DNA of 63,610 nt, filler included, from Reticulomyxa filosa (taxonomy: Eukaryota > Protista > Foraminifera): assembly GCA_000512085.1 (NCBI GenBank). It is 8 parts of 8 records of this genome, joined end to end, with 100 filler letters (N's around TTAATTAATTAA, not from the genome) between each part and the next. Parts side by side here need not be neighbours in the genome. Positions count along the whole stretch, not along the records: positions 29,453 to 38,705 come from ASPP01016610.1; positions 38,806 to 40,554 come from ASPP01016984.1; positions 40,655 to 49,508 come from ASPP01016003.1; 5 more parts are not named here. One strand, written 5' to 3'. A program made the position numbers and the translations under genes. Below the pieces are notes generated by a model that was not told the origin of the DNA, made no database searches, and saw only the letters and a program-made list of their open reading frames with translations. Each line of letters starts with the position of its first letter. Position 1 is the first letter of the stretch. Shown here piece after piece: positions 36,246 to 47,675 of the stretch.

Positions 36246-37212
36246 CATCAGGAGAAGACGAATTACTATTAGATTTGATGTTACTATATTTCGGAATATC
36301 TATTGTTCTTCGCGTGCCAAGGGTGACAGGAAAAGCAATTGTATTATTATTATTATCATTATTATCATTATCATTATCATTGTTATTATTATTATTATCA
36401 TTATTATTATTGTTATTACCATTATTATTATTATTATTATTATTATTAATAGAAATTGCTGTTGTTGTCATTGTTGGACCGCTGACACTGACATCTTCGG
36501 TGGCCATGTGGTCGTCGATAACGTTTTGCTGCTGCTGCCTACCCAAAATTAACAACGGCTTTGTGAAGAGCAACAACAAGATGATGTTCATGGCAAAGTC
36601 CGATGCTGCCACGGCAATGGAACCCCACGACGGAAACGAAATCTGACATACGTAACCCCCGTTGCTGGCGATGCTCCTCAACCCCTTTTGCACCGTCACC
36701 AAATCCAACATCGTCGCGGCGATCACTATTCCGATATTCCATAAGTGCAGCATCATAATCACAATTGGCTTGTAGGCGTACATGCTGCTCTTATATGACG
36801 ACTGCAGTCGTATCGTCAGGCATGCGTAAATACAGAATTTGTGATAGATAAATAATATCGCTCCTGCTGCCGTCTGCGTTTTGCACGAGTGACGCTTGAA
36901 TTGGTGGTACGTCACCACACTCGCCACAACGTATCCAATTCCACACAGTATTGACAGAAGCGTCAATATATGAACCATATCACTAAATTTTATCTCGGTC
37001 AGACATTTGCACGGTGCTTGTGCAAACGGTGATTGCAGCAACTGCCGACTTCTCGTGGATACTCTCCTTCTTTCATTCTCCTCATTCCATTTCTCCTTTT
37101 TTATTACTGTTAGATGCATCACTAAAAATAATAACAGGAAGAACACACACACCCAATACACGATAAACATGATATTCTGTCCTTCTTCGTTGTTTCCATT
37201 TAGTCGGATCAT
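35587..37212 (-). CDS. Orphan seven-transmembrane GPCR-like protein with poly-N/poly-Q loop and His/Asp-repeat tail
   Basis: Intronless 541-aa ORF with seven hydrophobic helices. Cys residues before TM3 (HSCK) and in ECL2 (YVCQ). Long low-complexity loop between TM5 and TM6. Confidence 0.7.
36200..36450. repeat. Coding microsatellites (TTG)n and (ATT/ATC)n
   Basis: Directly visible. They encode poly-Q and poly-N(D) on the minus strand. Confidence 0.95.
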
Positions 37213-37521
37213 TTTTTTATTTTTTTTTTTTCGAACAAGGTGAGGAACACAGTCTACGGTTTTTTAATTTTTCCAATTTTTGCTTGTTTAAGTGTAGGAA
37301 ATAAAGAAACTTTGCGAAATTTCTTGACGTTAGCAGCAGAGCAAATTAGTTGCTCAAATAAAACTACACCAAAGTTAACGCAAATCAATTTGATTAGTTG
37401 CTTTCTTTTAGAGAAAGCAGCCTGAAAAAACTTTTTTGCGGACATAAGTATCTTCTTCACCAAGAAGTGGAAGAGGGAAAAAAAAGGGGACTACTATCCC
37501 ATCTCCATAGGGCGCAGAAGA

Positions 37522-38705
37522 ATGCGTTTAGCACTGGGGTTGTTATGTTATATTGCAGCGACCCACAATTTTGTCTTGTCATTAGGTATTTTTTTTTTTT
37601 TTTGACATGAAAAATAAATCTGAACAAGCGTCTTTTTTTTTTTTTTTTTTTTTCTGGAATCCCGTATATGTTATGTACAGACATAAACACATTGGCGGAC
37701 ATTACAAAAATGAATAGAGCAGAGGCTATGTGAAGAGCAAGTGAAATACATATCATTCTCGCCCAGCACAAGGACATGGAAAAACGATTGGAAGATATGG
37801 GACGAGAAGTGTGGCGTGACAGCGCAATTCGAAACAAGTAATGGCGACATAAGAGTGACGGACGCGCGATGGAATAGGTTATTATGGTCAGCGCGATCAA
37901 AGCACGCACTCGCATATGAAAACACCCGCGCGCCATATCGCATGTCGCTCCAAGTATTATATCATCACCAGCAGCAGCAGCAGCAGCAGCAAAAGCAGAA
38001 GTACAATGAGCGCGAAGACAAAAGTGATAAGAAAACCACGTATACACTTTGGATAGTGGATAATGACGAGGTAGCGGTAATTGCATTAGCGCTACGTACC
38101 AATGATGACGACGACTACGACTACGACGAAGTAACAGAAAATTGTGTGGAGAGCGAACAGCAGTTGCAAGTCGAAGAGACAGGCGAGTTGAGGTTGGAAG
38201 ACAAGTGTCGACGATACGTATCGATGTCCATTGCCACAGGTTGGCTCGGCCTAAGAGCGCGTCAAATGCTCGCATCGCCGTCGGACCCGACATCGTCACC
38301 TTCATTCCATCAGTCATCTCCGCCTACTCATTTGCCGACCCTCTCTCCAATCACACCTTCGTCGACACGATCACCCACCGTCCTTCCAACGCGATATCCA
38401 AGTAAATTTCCAAGTAAATTTCCAAGTAAATTTCCAACTCAATTTCCAACTCGATTTCCAAGCCAATTCCCAACACAATATCCGACCGTATCTCCTGTTG
38501 GACAACTCACTACGTATCCTACTCGTCAGCCTACGCAATATCCAACGGCATTGCCGACAGTTGCTCCGACTTGGCCTCCGACGCAATCTCCTACAGCATA
38601 TCCCACGTCATTTCCAACCAAACAACCCAGTCGTCATCCGACCTATCTTTCAACTCATTTTCCAACACAAGCTCCGTCCAAGACTCCCAGTATTGCGCCC
38701 ACCAA
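37522..38705 (+). CDS. Secreted or surface protein with PT-repeat (PTxxPT/PSxxPS) stalk; 3' truncated
   Basis: Exon 1 MRLALGLLCYIAATHNFVLSL (signal peptide) splices G|gt...aatag|AG into the frame of ORF 37741. Tandem PSKF/PTQF/PTQY tetrapeptides at 38390-38705. Confidence 0.7.
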
Positions 38706-38805
38706 NNNNNNNNNNNNNNNNNNNNNNNNNNNNNNNNNNNNNNNNNNNNTTAATTAATTAANNNNNNNNNNNNNNNNNNNNNNNNNNNNNNNNNNNNNNN
38801 NNNNN
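38706..38805. other. Artificial contig linker
   Basis: 100-nt N/TTAATTAATTAA/N spacer. Confidence 0.97.
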
Positions 38806-38996
38806 AAAAAGGGGGGAAAGGAGGAGAAAAGGGGGGAAAGGAGGAGAAAAAAGGAGGATGAAGAGAGGGGGAGGGAACATAGTTATGCATATAAGATTCT
38901 GATAATACATGTTATAAATAGTATTAAAAAGAAAGCCTTTCAAATTTTTTCTATCTTTTTTTCCTGCTTGTTTTATCACACACACACACACAAGTT

Positions 38997-39145
38997 AACC
39001 TGATTACTTGTTTCTTGCTTACTTGATTGCTTATAACACTTTTGTCAAGCGACTGACACAAGTACACATCACCAGCGAACAACCTCAGATCACCACTTTC
39101 TTTTACTACTTCTTTTGCCCTTGCTTCAAATGGCAGACTTTCCTC
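38997..39145 (-). CDS. Probable internal exon of an unidentified, truncated gene
   Basis: Protein-like segment EESLPFEARAKEVVKESGDLRLFAGDVYLCQSLDK flanked by AG and GT and by microsatellite-rich intron-like DNA. Confidence 0.3.
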
Positions 39146-40554
39146 TTTTTTTTTTTTTTTTTTTAAACACGTACACAAATAATCTTTTTTTTTTGTTTGT
39201 TTGATTTGTTGTATACAAAAAAAAAAAATCACAAAAAATTATTAGTTGGATAAGTTGTTAAATTTTGAATCATCAAAAAAAAAAAGATGAATTTTGTTAT
39301 TTTTTTTTCCTATTTGCACTTTATTTTCTCTTGTCTTTTATTGCGTAACACTTTTCTAAGAAGACAAAAGGGGGGGGAAGGAGGCGAAGGGAAGAGAGTT
39401 GCTGCACTTGTGTATACGTGCGATTATTTTTTTCCCATGCATGGCTATCCAATTTTTGAGTCGCTCAAAAAAAATTTTTTATGCTCCTATCTTTCAAATT
39501 ATTGCAATATACCTATTTCAGGATAGGGGTGCATTCGTAAGTCTGCTTCAGTTTTGACGAAAACTTGTCGAAAACAACAGAATGAGGTCATTTTTGTTTC
39601 TCTCTTACAAGCAGCTTTTTGTTATTGTTGTTTTTTTTTCTCCTCTCTTTTGCCAACATTCACGTTCGGACTAACAAAGCAAATCCGTGCAATTCTTGAC
39701 AAAACTTTGAATTGAGTTTAAGGGAGTGAAAGAAAAAAAAAGCTTTCTTGGTGAGCCTAAACAGATCACTAAAGCTCGAGAATGTTTTACGTATCAGAAA
39801 AATGCTTTTCATTTAGTCTACGTTCTTTTTCTCCTCTCAAGTCAATGTTGTATTTCCAATGATCGCAAATGGGATCAACATTTGGAATCGAAAAATGCAA
39901 ACACATGAAAAAGAGCACATCCATTTTTTTGGTCTTTTTTGAGAAAACACAACAAAAAAAAATAGTCAATTGAAAACAAGTTTAATCCGCAAAACAAAAA
40001 TGACGTGGTCAAATTTTAGGTTGTATACAAAAGTGTCAAAAAAAAACCTTTTTTTAAATATTAGCAGCAAAATTGTTTTAGTTGAACTGAAAAGATATCT
40101 GCATTCTGCACATAATTTGATGTTACCTCAAATTAAGCTCTTTGTTTTATTCCTGCATTTCTTTGTCCAATAAAACATGATGCTACTGTAATCTCAAGGT
40201 TAATCAATAATTTTTTAAATTCTTAGTGCTTTTTTGCTACCGTTTGTTACGTTGAAAGTAAGTATTTTTACTAATACAGCCCCGTTTTAAAAGATTTTTC
40301 AAGTTTTTCTTTAGTATTGCAAAAGCTGTCGAGGAAAAAATTATTGATATTATGGTTGTAGAGGTCGTTAACACACGCATTTGCTTTTCTTAACCAAGTA
40401 ACAGTTTTATTATGTTTTGACACAGCTCCCAATTTTTTGACAAACAAATTTCTCAGAATATGCTGTACACCAAATCTCTCCCAGTTTCAAAAAAAAAAAG
40501 CAATAATATAAAAAAAGCTTCTTTAAAGAAAACAACTAACATCTTTTTTTTAAA

Positions 40555-40654
40555 NNNNNNNNNNNNNNNNNNNNNNNNNNNNNNNNNNNNNNNNNNNNTT
40601 AATTAATTAANNNNNNNNNNNNNNNNNNNNNNNNNNNNNNNNNNNNNNNNNNNN
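40555..40654. other. Artificial contig linker
   Basis: 100-nt N/TTAATTAATTAA/N spacer. Confidence 0.97.
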
Positions 40655-41891
40655 CTTACTTCTTGTTCTCTTACTTCTTCTTCTTCTTCTTCTTTCTCTT
40701 TGTCTTTCTCTTTCATCTCCTTCTTCTTCGTGCTTTCCACCATCTCGCATCTCTACGTCCTCCTTTTTTTCTTTCTCTTCCTCTCGTTTTCTTCCGTCGG
40801 CAACAACATCGACGTCGATATCGACGTCGACGTCCATATCGTTATATTTCTCCCCATCGCAGAGCTGGAACAGCTCGTTTCGAATGTGTTCGCTGCACCA
40901 ATTGATAAACAGTTTGTAGTATTCATTGGCCTTGTAAGCTAAGCCGGCACTAAAAAAGGATAGGTACGTGGGACAAGTTCATCCTTTTCCAATACTCTTC
41001 CAACAAAAGCATGAGTTCTTGAGCTCTTCCCAATGCAAACACAGGGATCAATACTTTACCTTTGTTGCTAATCACACACTCATAAATCTTCGTCAGCAAA
41101 TTTCGCTCGCGCACTTGACGAGACTCGCGAATCATCGTCGCGTACGTTGACTCTGTGATTAGCAAATCGCATTGCAAGTTGCTCGGCACTTTGGCACTTC
41201 CTAAATGTCTGTCGCTTGTCATATTGTAATCTCCGGTATACAGCACACTAACGTTGTCGTAATGAGGCATACGTATATAAAACATCACTGCACCCAATAC
41301 GTGTCCTGCGTAGTAACACTCAATTATCATTTCGTCTTTTGTATTTGCAAACAGAGTCACTCGTTCTTCTAATGACACTCCTTGCACTTTTTTCATGCAC
41401 GATTCAATGTCCTCAATCGTGTATTCCATGGCTCCTCTCCTTGCATCTGTCTCTGTCGTGCCCAACGACATCTTTGTTGTCAGATTTCCTTTGTTTGCAA
41501 TTAAACAGTAATCTTGCAATAGCAATGGGGACACATATTTGGTTGGGTGCGATGCCAGGATTGGGTTACTGTAGTTTAAGTGCTCGGTAAAATATGGCAG
41601 TGCTCCAATGTGATCCAGGTGGAAGTGACTGATACATACCACGTCCACTATTTCGTTCATGCTTTTTGCTTGCTTATTTATCTGTGCCAACATGTCGAAA
41701 TCAGGAAACTTTTTCTCGTCCGTTCGGCCCATATGCACTCCACAATCAAACATCACCGTTTTTCTTTCACAAAATTGTACTACAATACAACTCCTTCCCA
41801 CTTCATGTCCTGCTCCGAGTACCATCACTTTCAATTGTTTCGTTTTCGCTCCTTCTTTGTTAATTAACAATGGAATACTCTTTGATGTCAT
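40655..41891 (-). CDS. INTS11: Integrator complex subunit 11 (CPSF3-like beta-CASP endonuclease); frameshift at ~40952; 3' truncated
   Basis: LGAGHEVGRSC, FDCGVHMG, ISHFHLDHIGALPY, YYAGHVLGA, YTGDYNMTSDRHLG, ITESTYATMIR, GKVLIPVFALGRAQEL. Continues in a shifted frame as SAGLAYKANEYYKLFINW. ESTYAT and YYKLFIxW favour INTS11 over CPSF73. Confidence 0.88.
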
Positions 41892-42328
41892 CTTGTTTTT
41901 TTTATCGATAAATTTTGTCCAATGTGGGAAAACTAGGGACAAAACTTCACACTTTCGAAACTGCTCGACTAAGAGTCTGAAATAGTAAACTGTTGCAGTT
42001 CAACTAATCTTGTATCATGTAGAAATATCCTTGTATTTTTATTTTTTTATTTTTTCACAAGTAACAATTTTAGACATATAGGTTTATAATGTTTCTACAA
42101 CATACTTTCTACATATGAACGCTTGTAAAAATTTATGAATTCTCATCAATTGTAAATTAGTATTACTCCATGCGGAAATCAATAGCTTAAGTTTAGAGGT
42201 GGTTGCCAAAAAAAAAAGGTTGATATGAGTTGTGTACAACTGTTTTTGCTTCTAAGCCAGTCTTTGTGAATTTTTTATTTGCTTTAAAAAAAGCTGTGGT
42301 TTAGTCTTTCCATATTAATAATTGATTA

Positions 42329-43416
42329 ATGACTTCATCCACTGTCTCTTCAACGCCGAAAGGCTTGAATATATTTGTTACTGGAGCCACTGGCAGAACA
42401 GGAAAATATGTCGTGTCGACCCTTCTCGAGCGAGACAATGTGTCGCAGATAACAGTTTGTGTTCGCAACAAAGAAAAATTTGAAAAAGAGTTTCCAAATT
42501 TGAAAAGCAACCCCAGAGTGGTCCCTTTCTACATCGACTTGAGCAATACAGCAACATACCCTGTATCATTAAGCAATTTCGACGCAGTTATTTTCACGCA
42601 CAGTGGTTCGAAATTCAATGGCCCAATCCGCATGTTGCGCATAATCTTAGGTCTTTTCTGGGCAGAGCATCCGTATTATACTGAGTATATATGCATGGAA
42701 GAGTTTGTAAAAATCGCAGAAACATCAAATTCCAAGGTCAAATTTGTGGTGTGTTCGGCTGTGGGATTGTTCAATCCATGGATGTTGTCTACATTACTGC
42801 TGAACTTGTTGCTAAGTGGCACTATAAAATACAAGTATTTGGGCACTCAGTGGATACGTAATTCCAATTTGAATTACACAATAATTCTTCCTCCAGGTTT
42901 ATAAAATGCAAACCAAAATGGGAAGAGGAGTAATTTTTTTTTTTTTTTTTTCTTTTCCAATGAACACTACGTATACATACCTATACATCACAACAATACG
43001 GCTCATTTAGACTGGGAGACAAAGAAGATCCTAACAAGACAGTGGTGTTCAACCAAAGATGGAAAGCTCGTGACTTACCTTTTGGGAGAATAACGTGCCC
43101 ACGCGAAACAGTTGCAAAATTGTTGTGTGAAGCGGCGTGTGACGGTAACAAGGGCAAACGAAGTACTCTCAATGTGTGGTCGGAAGAGTACGAGGAGTCA
43201 AAGAGCAACAAAGGAGAGCCAATTGATCTCAATTGGACTAATGTGAGATCCGACAATGATAATGATAAACTTAGATTCGCAAATGTAAATTTTGATACTA
43301 CTTATTATACATTCATTGGGTTAAGCTTGGCTGCTACTGTTGTAGCTACCAAATGGTTGTTCCCTCGCCAATGGGAAACCCTTGGAAATTCCACCAAAAA
43401 GTTGTGGCGTTCCTAA
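42329..43416 (+). CDS. Atypical SDR / NAD(P)-binding Rossmann protein with C-terminal hydrophobic tail, two exons
   Basis: IFVTGATGRTGKYVV; IRNSNLNYTIILPPG; GRITCPRETVA; C-terminal TM-like YTFIGLSLAATVVATKW. Confidence 0.75.
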
Positions 43417-43917
43417 GAGGGCAAATTTTTTTTATTTCGGACGGATCGGTCTGTTCTGGTTTGTTTTACGTTTCTTTTTGGTAATGATGGTCCCTTTTGA
43501 TTTGCAAGCAAGTGCAATGAGGTCTTCATCATTGATAAAAATATATTTTTATGCACCATTACAAATGGCACAATTTACCTCTTTTTAAGAACAATTTTTG
43601 AAAAAATTTCTCTTATTAATAGACCTGTCGCCATATTTTTTGATCAAAGAAATTTCAAGCACGAAGTGCATCTTAATTTTCAGGATATTTCTTATTGTGT
43701 ACGACACACAGAAAATTATTGAAATTTTCTTGTCACATATGCGAATATTTTTAAAATGGACGATTTACTTAGATTTAATTTTACTGTAAAGCTTGATTTG
43801 GTTAAATTTAAGAGCGTATTCCAATAATTATATACAAAGTCTATTGTAGTAATTTAAAAGGGATAAAACACTTTTTGGAAAGATTCAATTTTTTTTTTTG
43901 CATTATCAAGCCATAAA

Positions 43918-45119
43918 ATGCGCTCTTCAGATCCTTTTAGCTTTTTAGCAAAACCAGTTCCTTCTAACTCCTCTTCAGTTCAAAAAGAAGTGAAAAAAAA
44001 ACTAAAAATTAAAAGACCTTTCCAAGAAATGGAGCAAAGTGATACGTTTGTGAATATAAAAAATCCCGTCTCGCAAGCAACGACAATGCAGCCTCCAACA
44101 AAAAAAAATGAAAGCGATAAGAAATATCTTTTAATGGAACCATCTACAATAGCAAACAGAGCAACAAGTTCCGCAATGGTTACAAAGACAAGTCAATCGA
44201 ATGAAAAGATAAATCAGACAAGCAAAGCGAATACGCAAAAATATCCAAACGACGGTGGATTGTCGGATGAGCAATACCAAGCGATTTTGGAAGCAAGAAA
44301 ATTCGAAACACCTCAAATGATTGAAAAATATGTTTTAGAAAGGCGGAAAAACTATCCAACGCAACACTATGTTGAAAAAAAAAAGCAATTGATTGAAACA
44401 AAGAAAAAAGCGTGGCCAAGTTCTAACGATTTCGGAGCAAATACAACACCATACACAAACCACGTTAGTTTAGCACAGACCAATAAATCAACACCACAAA
44501 CACAACAAGAAGCATCGATACTCAGTTGGGAAGTAAAGGGAGGGATCTTTCATCATCGATACGCACATGCACGCATGCGTGGTTTGTATTTTTGTGTTTT
44601 ATGTGAAACAGTGGCAATGGCCAAACCCCATCTATATTTCGCTTTTTGAAGCCACCAAAGTATCGAACCGATTTGACACGGGAATTATTGAGCAAAGAAT
44701 TGAATGAAGAATATTCGGCTGTTTTGCAGTGCTTTCGATATTTTGTGCAGACGGATTTTTTAAACATGCCTTCTGCTCTTGATTTGCAATTAAAAAAAAC
44801 TGCGGACACACACGATGAAACTTCATTCGCACACCCCATTTTACCACAAAACACTCATGCGCCAGATATCAATCCGATACTACCTCCAATTGGACAAGAG
44901 TATCAAGGCGTGTTTGATGATGCTTGTGATGAGTTTGATGAAAATTTTGAAAGAGAGTTGGACCTTCAAGACAATATGCCTCGCAAACACATGCAATCTT
45001 TTGTTGGCTTGGGGGATGATGTAGATCATAATAGTGATGAAGTTGATGCGGAAGCTGCAAGGCAAACAGATGAAGAAGACAATAATGAGATAGACAATGT
45101 GGCAGAAGACGATCAGTAA
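43918..45119 (+). CDS. NUFIP1: NUFIP1/Rsa1-like box C/D snoRNP assembly factor, two exons
   Basis: PEP-like motif ETPQMIEKYVLERRKNYPT and C-terminal LLSKELNEEYSAVLQCFRYFVQTDF. Confidence 0.7.
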
Positions 45120-45451
45120 TAAGTTCAAATTTACAAATCGAGATATGCCGAAAACCTGTTATCATACTTTTCGTTAACCGACATATCATAAGTAAGAAAA
45201 ACCACTTTACTCGTCTATGTTTTCTTACTATCTATCCGACATTTTAGTTCATGCTCTTGCTTCTCATGAAATTTGTTATTAGTGTCTATTATTGTCATTA
45301 AACTTTGTAATGCATTATACCATTATTGAAACTTGAATGCCACTTATTTATTCAAGGTTAAATCAAATCAATTTTGTCTTTTTTCCTCAACGAAATAAGA
45401 CATAAACATTAAAACAATATCAAAGCGCATTTACAAATTATTCTAAATTGA

Positions 45452-47346
45452 ATAAAGTAAATTGCAAAAAAACTAGTATACTTAAATATCATCTTATGAA
45501 GAGAATCGATCTGAATGAAAAATAAACATTTAAACTTAATTTTGTTAATTAAAAAATTTTATATTTGTTAAAGACATCGTTTTTTCATATGATTTTTCAA
45601 AATTTCGCATAGTGCATATAAATCAAACATGTATTGCAAATATGAAATTTTTAAATATTGTTGTTCCCATTTTAGAAATCTTCAAGACTATCACAACAAA
45701 GTGTGTCAAGTTTTTTATTTTTTTTTATAAAGTTAATAAAATTTTTTTTAATTAATGGCGATGGTGGAACTCGAACCAACATATCCGCTACATTATAGGA
45801 AGTTGTTGTATTGCACGACCGCCCACATTGCTGTTATTGCTACCATCAACATAAACGATCGTGTTCCAGTGAGCAGGCAAGAATGTATATGACCATGATA
45901 CTTAGTTCCATATACACTCAAGACGCACCCCAACACATTGGCCAGCCCAGAAACCCTTTTGATGTTGCGCCATCATCATAAACTCCAAAGATGATTGGAC
46001 CTAATACAGTCAAGTCACTACAAATTCAGCTGTCTTCACGCATTAAGCTGTAGGACAAGCCTTTATCACGCATGGCTGAACGCTTATGTAACTGATGATC
46101 TCCCTTTGGGTTAAACCTCATCAACAAACTACCTCTTACTTACTTGCTTTCTTTACTTTCTTTTGTCCTTTGATTTATTCTTTAATTTACTTTTGTTTAC
46201 TGAAAGTCAATCTCATTTCGAATAACAATCTTTCGTATTACATTTAGTGAAGTTCTTCACCGTAGACTCACCACAAAGCTACTGCCACTTCATTGTTAGA
46301 CTTCATTTATTTTCCCACTACTTATTATTTTCCAATGAATGATTTATTGACAACAAAGAACACATTTAAATAATTTTTTATATGAACACACAAATATAGT
46401 CCGAATCCGCAATAATGTTTTTGTAGTTAAACAAAGATTGGTGGAACAAAACTTTTTTTGGTCAGAATTAGAACATCACTATTGAATGTCCAGATTATAC
46501 ACTCCAATCAAAGATAATTCTTTTTTTTTATAAATATTGCTCATTGAACAATGAACAACTTTTTGACTTGTTGTTCTTCAGCTCAAGTCCGAAGTAGCAA
46601 AGTCAAAAAGATTAAAATAAGCAAACAAATTTACTTTTACTTTCTTTATTATCGGGTGAATAAAGAAAGGATTTGAGAAAACATGAAGAAGATACAAACA
46701 GCAACAACAAAAAAGGGTTCACTTAGAACTTTGCTAGAAACGTTATTTTTTTTGTAATTTTTTGAATTTGTAACTTTTGCACTAAAAGCCAATTTCTTTT
46801 AGTAAAAAAATGTTATTGATTATACCATCTAGAAATTATTGAATAAAACTTTATTGAAGTTGCTCAAACTATTTTTTCACAACGATAATTTATTTGAATG
46901 TCCTTTTTAATTTAATAGTAATGTGTTATTAATGTTATTTGCTAATATTGACTTTGGAACAAATATGAACTTGATAATTGATTTCAATTTGATGTAGTCT
47001 CAATTGCTAGCATGACCCTCAGAATCTCAATGACTATATCAAGACGAATCGACTCCACATAGAGTCATAAAGAAAAATTTGAAAAGAAATTCAAATCAAA
47101 TAAATTACTCAATCATTTTGAAAAAATTGACGTGGTTGAAAAACAGTTTAATGCTGTCTCAAGAACAAAAAGTTGTCATATTTGAATGATCACGTCATTT
47201 TACACAAAAAAATTTTAATATTCAAAAATACAGATTTGATATTTTTTTAATTAAAAAATTAAGTTTGCATGTTTATTTTTATGTAAAAAATCGATTCTCT
47301 TCATAAGGTGCCATTAGTTATACTAGTTTTTTGCAATCTACTGTAT
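45452..47346. mobile_element. Putative non-autonomous element bounded by inverted copies (>=110 bp) of a repeat family
   Basis: 45452-45570 (attgcaaaaaaactagtata...cttatgaagagaatcgat...aaaaataaacat..aaacttaatttt) is the reverse complement, with mismatches, of 47230-47346. No intact ORF inside. Confidence 0.45.
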
Positions 47347-47675
47347 AATATATTTTGAAAATACTTAAAGTGGCAAGGTGAAAATAATCGCTCAAGTGAC
47401 AAATTCCTTTTAAATCCAAGAATGATCAAAATAGATAAGCAGAAATTTGCATTGAAAACAAGAATTCATAAAAAATCTCTTTATGCATTGAACGTTTTGA
47501 TTGAAAAAGACAATTTATGTCACAACACAAAAACAAAAGAGTTTAATGTCAGTTGTATCAACATCACACCCCCTTTACTATAGGCAAAAAAAAACAAAAC
47601 AAAATATACAGCTCAAAGGTTACACAAAGGGCGCGGAAGAAAGTCAGAATATATCAATGTAACATGTTTTTTTTT

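Noticed and set aside
36128-36646. Plus-strand ORFs with poly-Cys, poly-Leu and poly-Ile
   Set aside because: Antisense shadows of the CAA and AAT microsatellites in the 7TM gene.
37457-38317. 286-aa minus-strand ORF
   Set aside because: Antisense to the PT-repeat gene, crosses its intron and poly-T tracts, and has no recognisable motifs.
40809-40830. Perfect 22-bp palindrome tcgacgtcgatatcgacgtcga
   Set aside because: By-product of GAC-GTC (Asp-Val) codon repeats in the INTS11 insert.
45756-45850. Functional tRNA gene
   Set aside because: Only the T-loop and a partial acceptor stem are recognisable, with no convincing D or anticodon arm. Kept only as an ambiguous relic.
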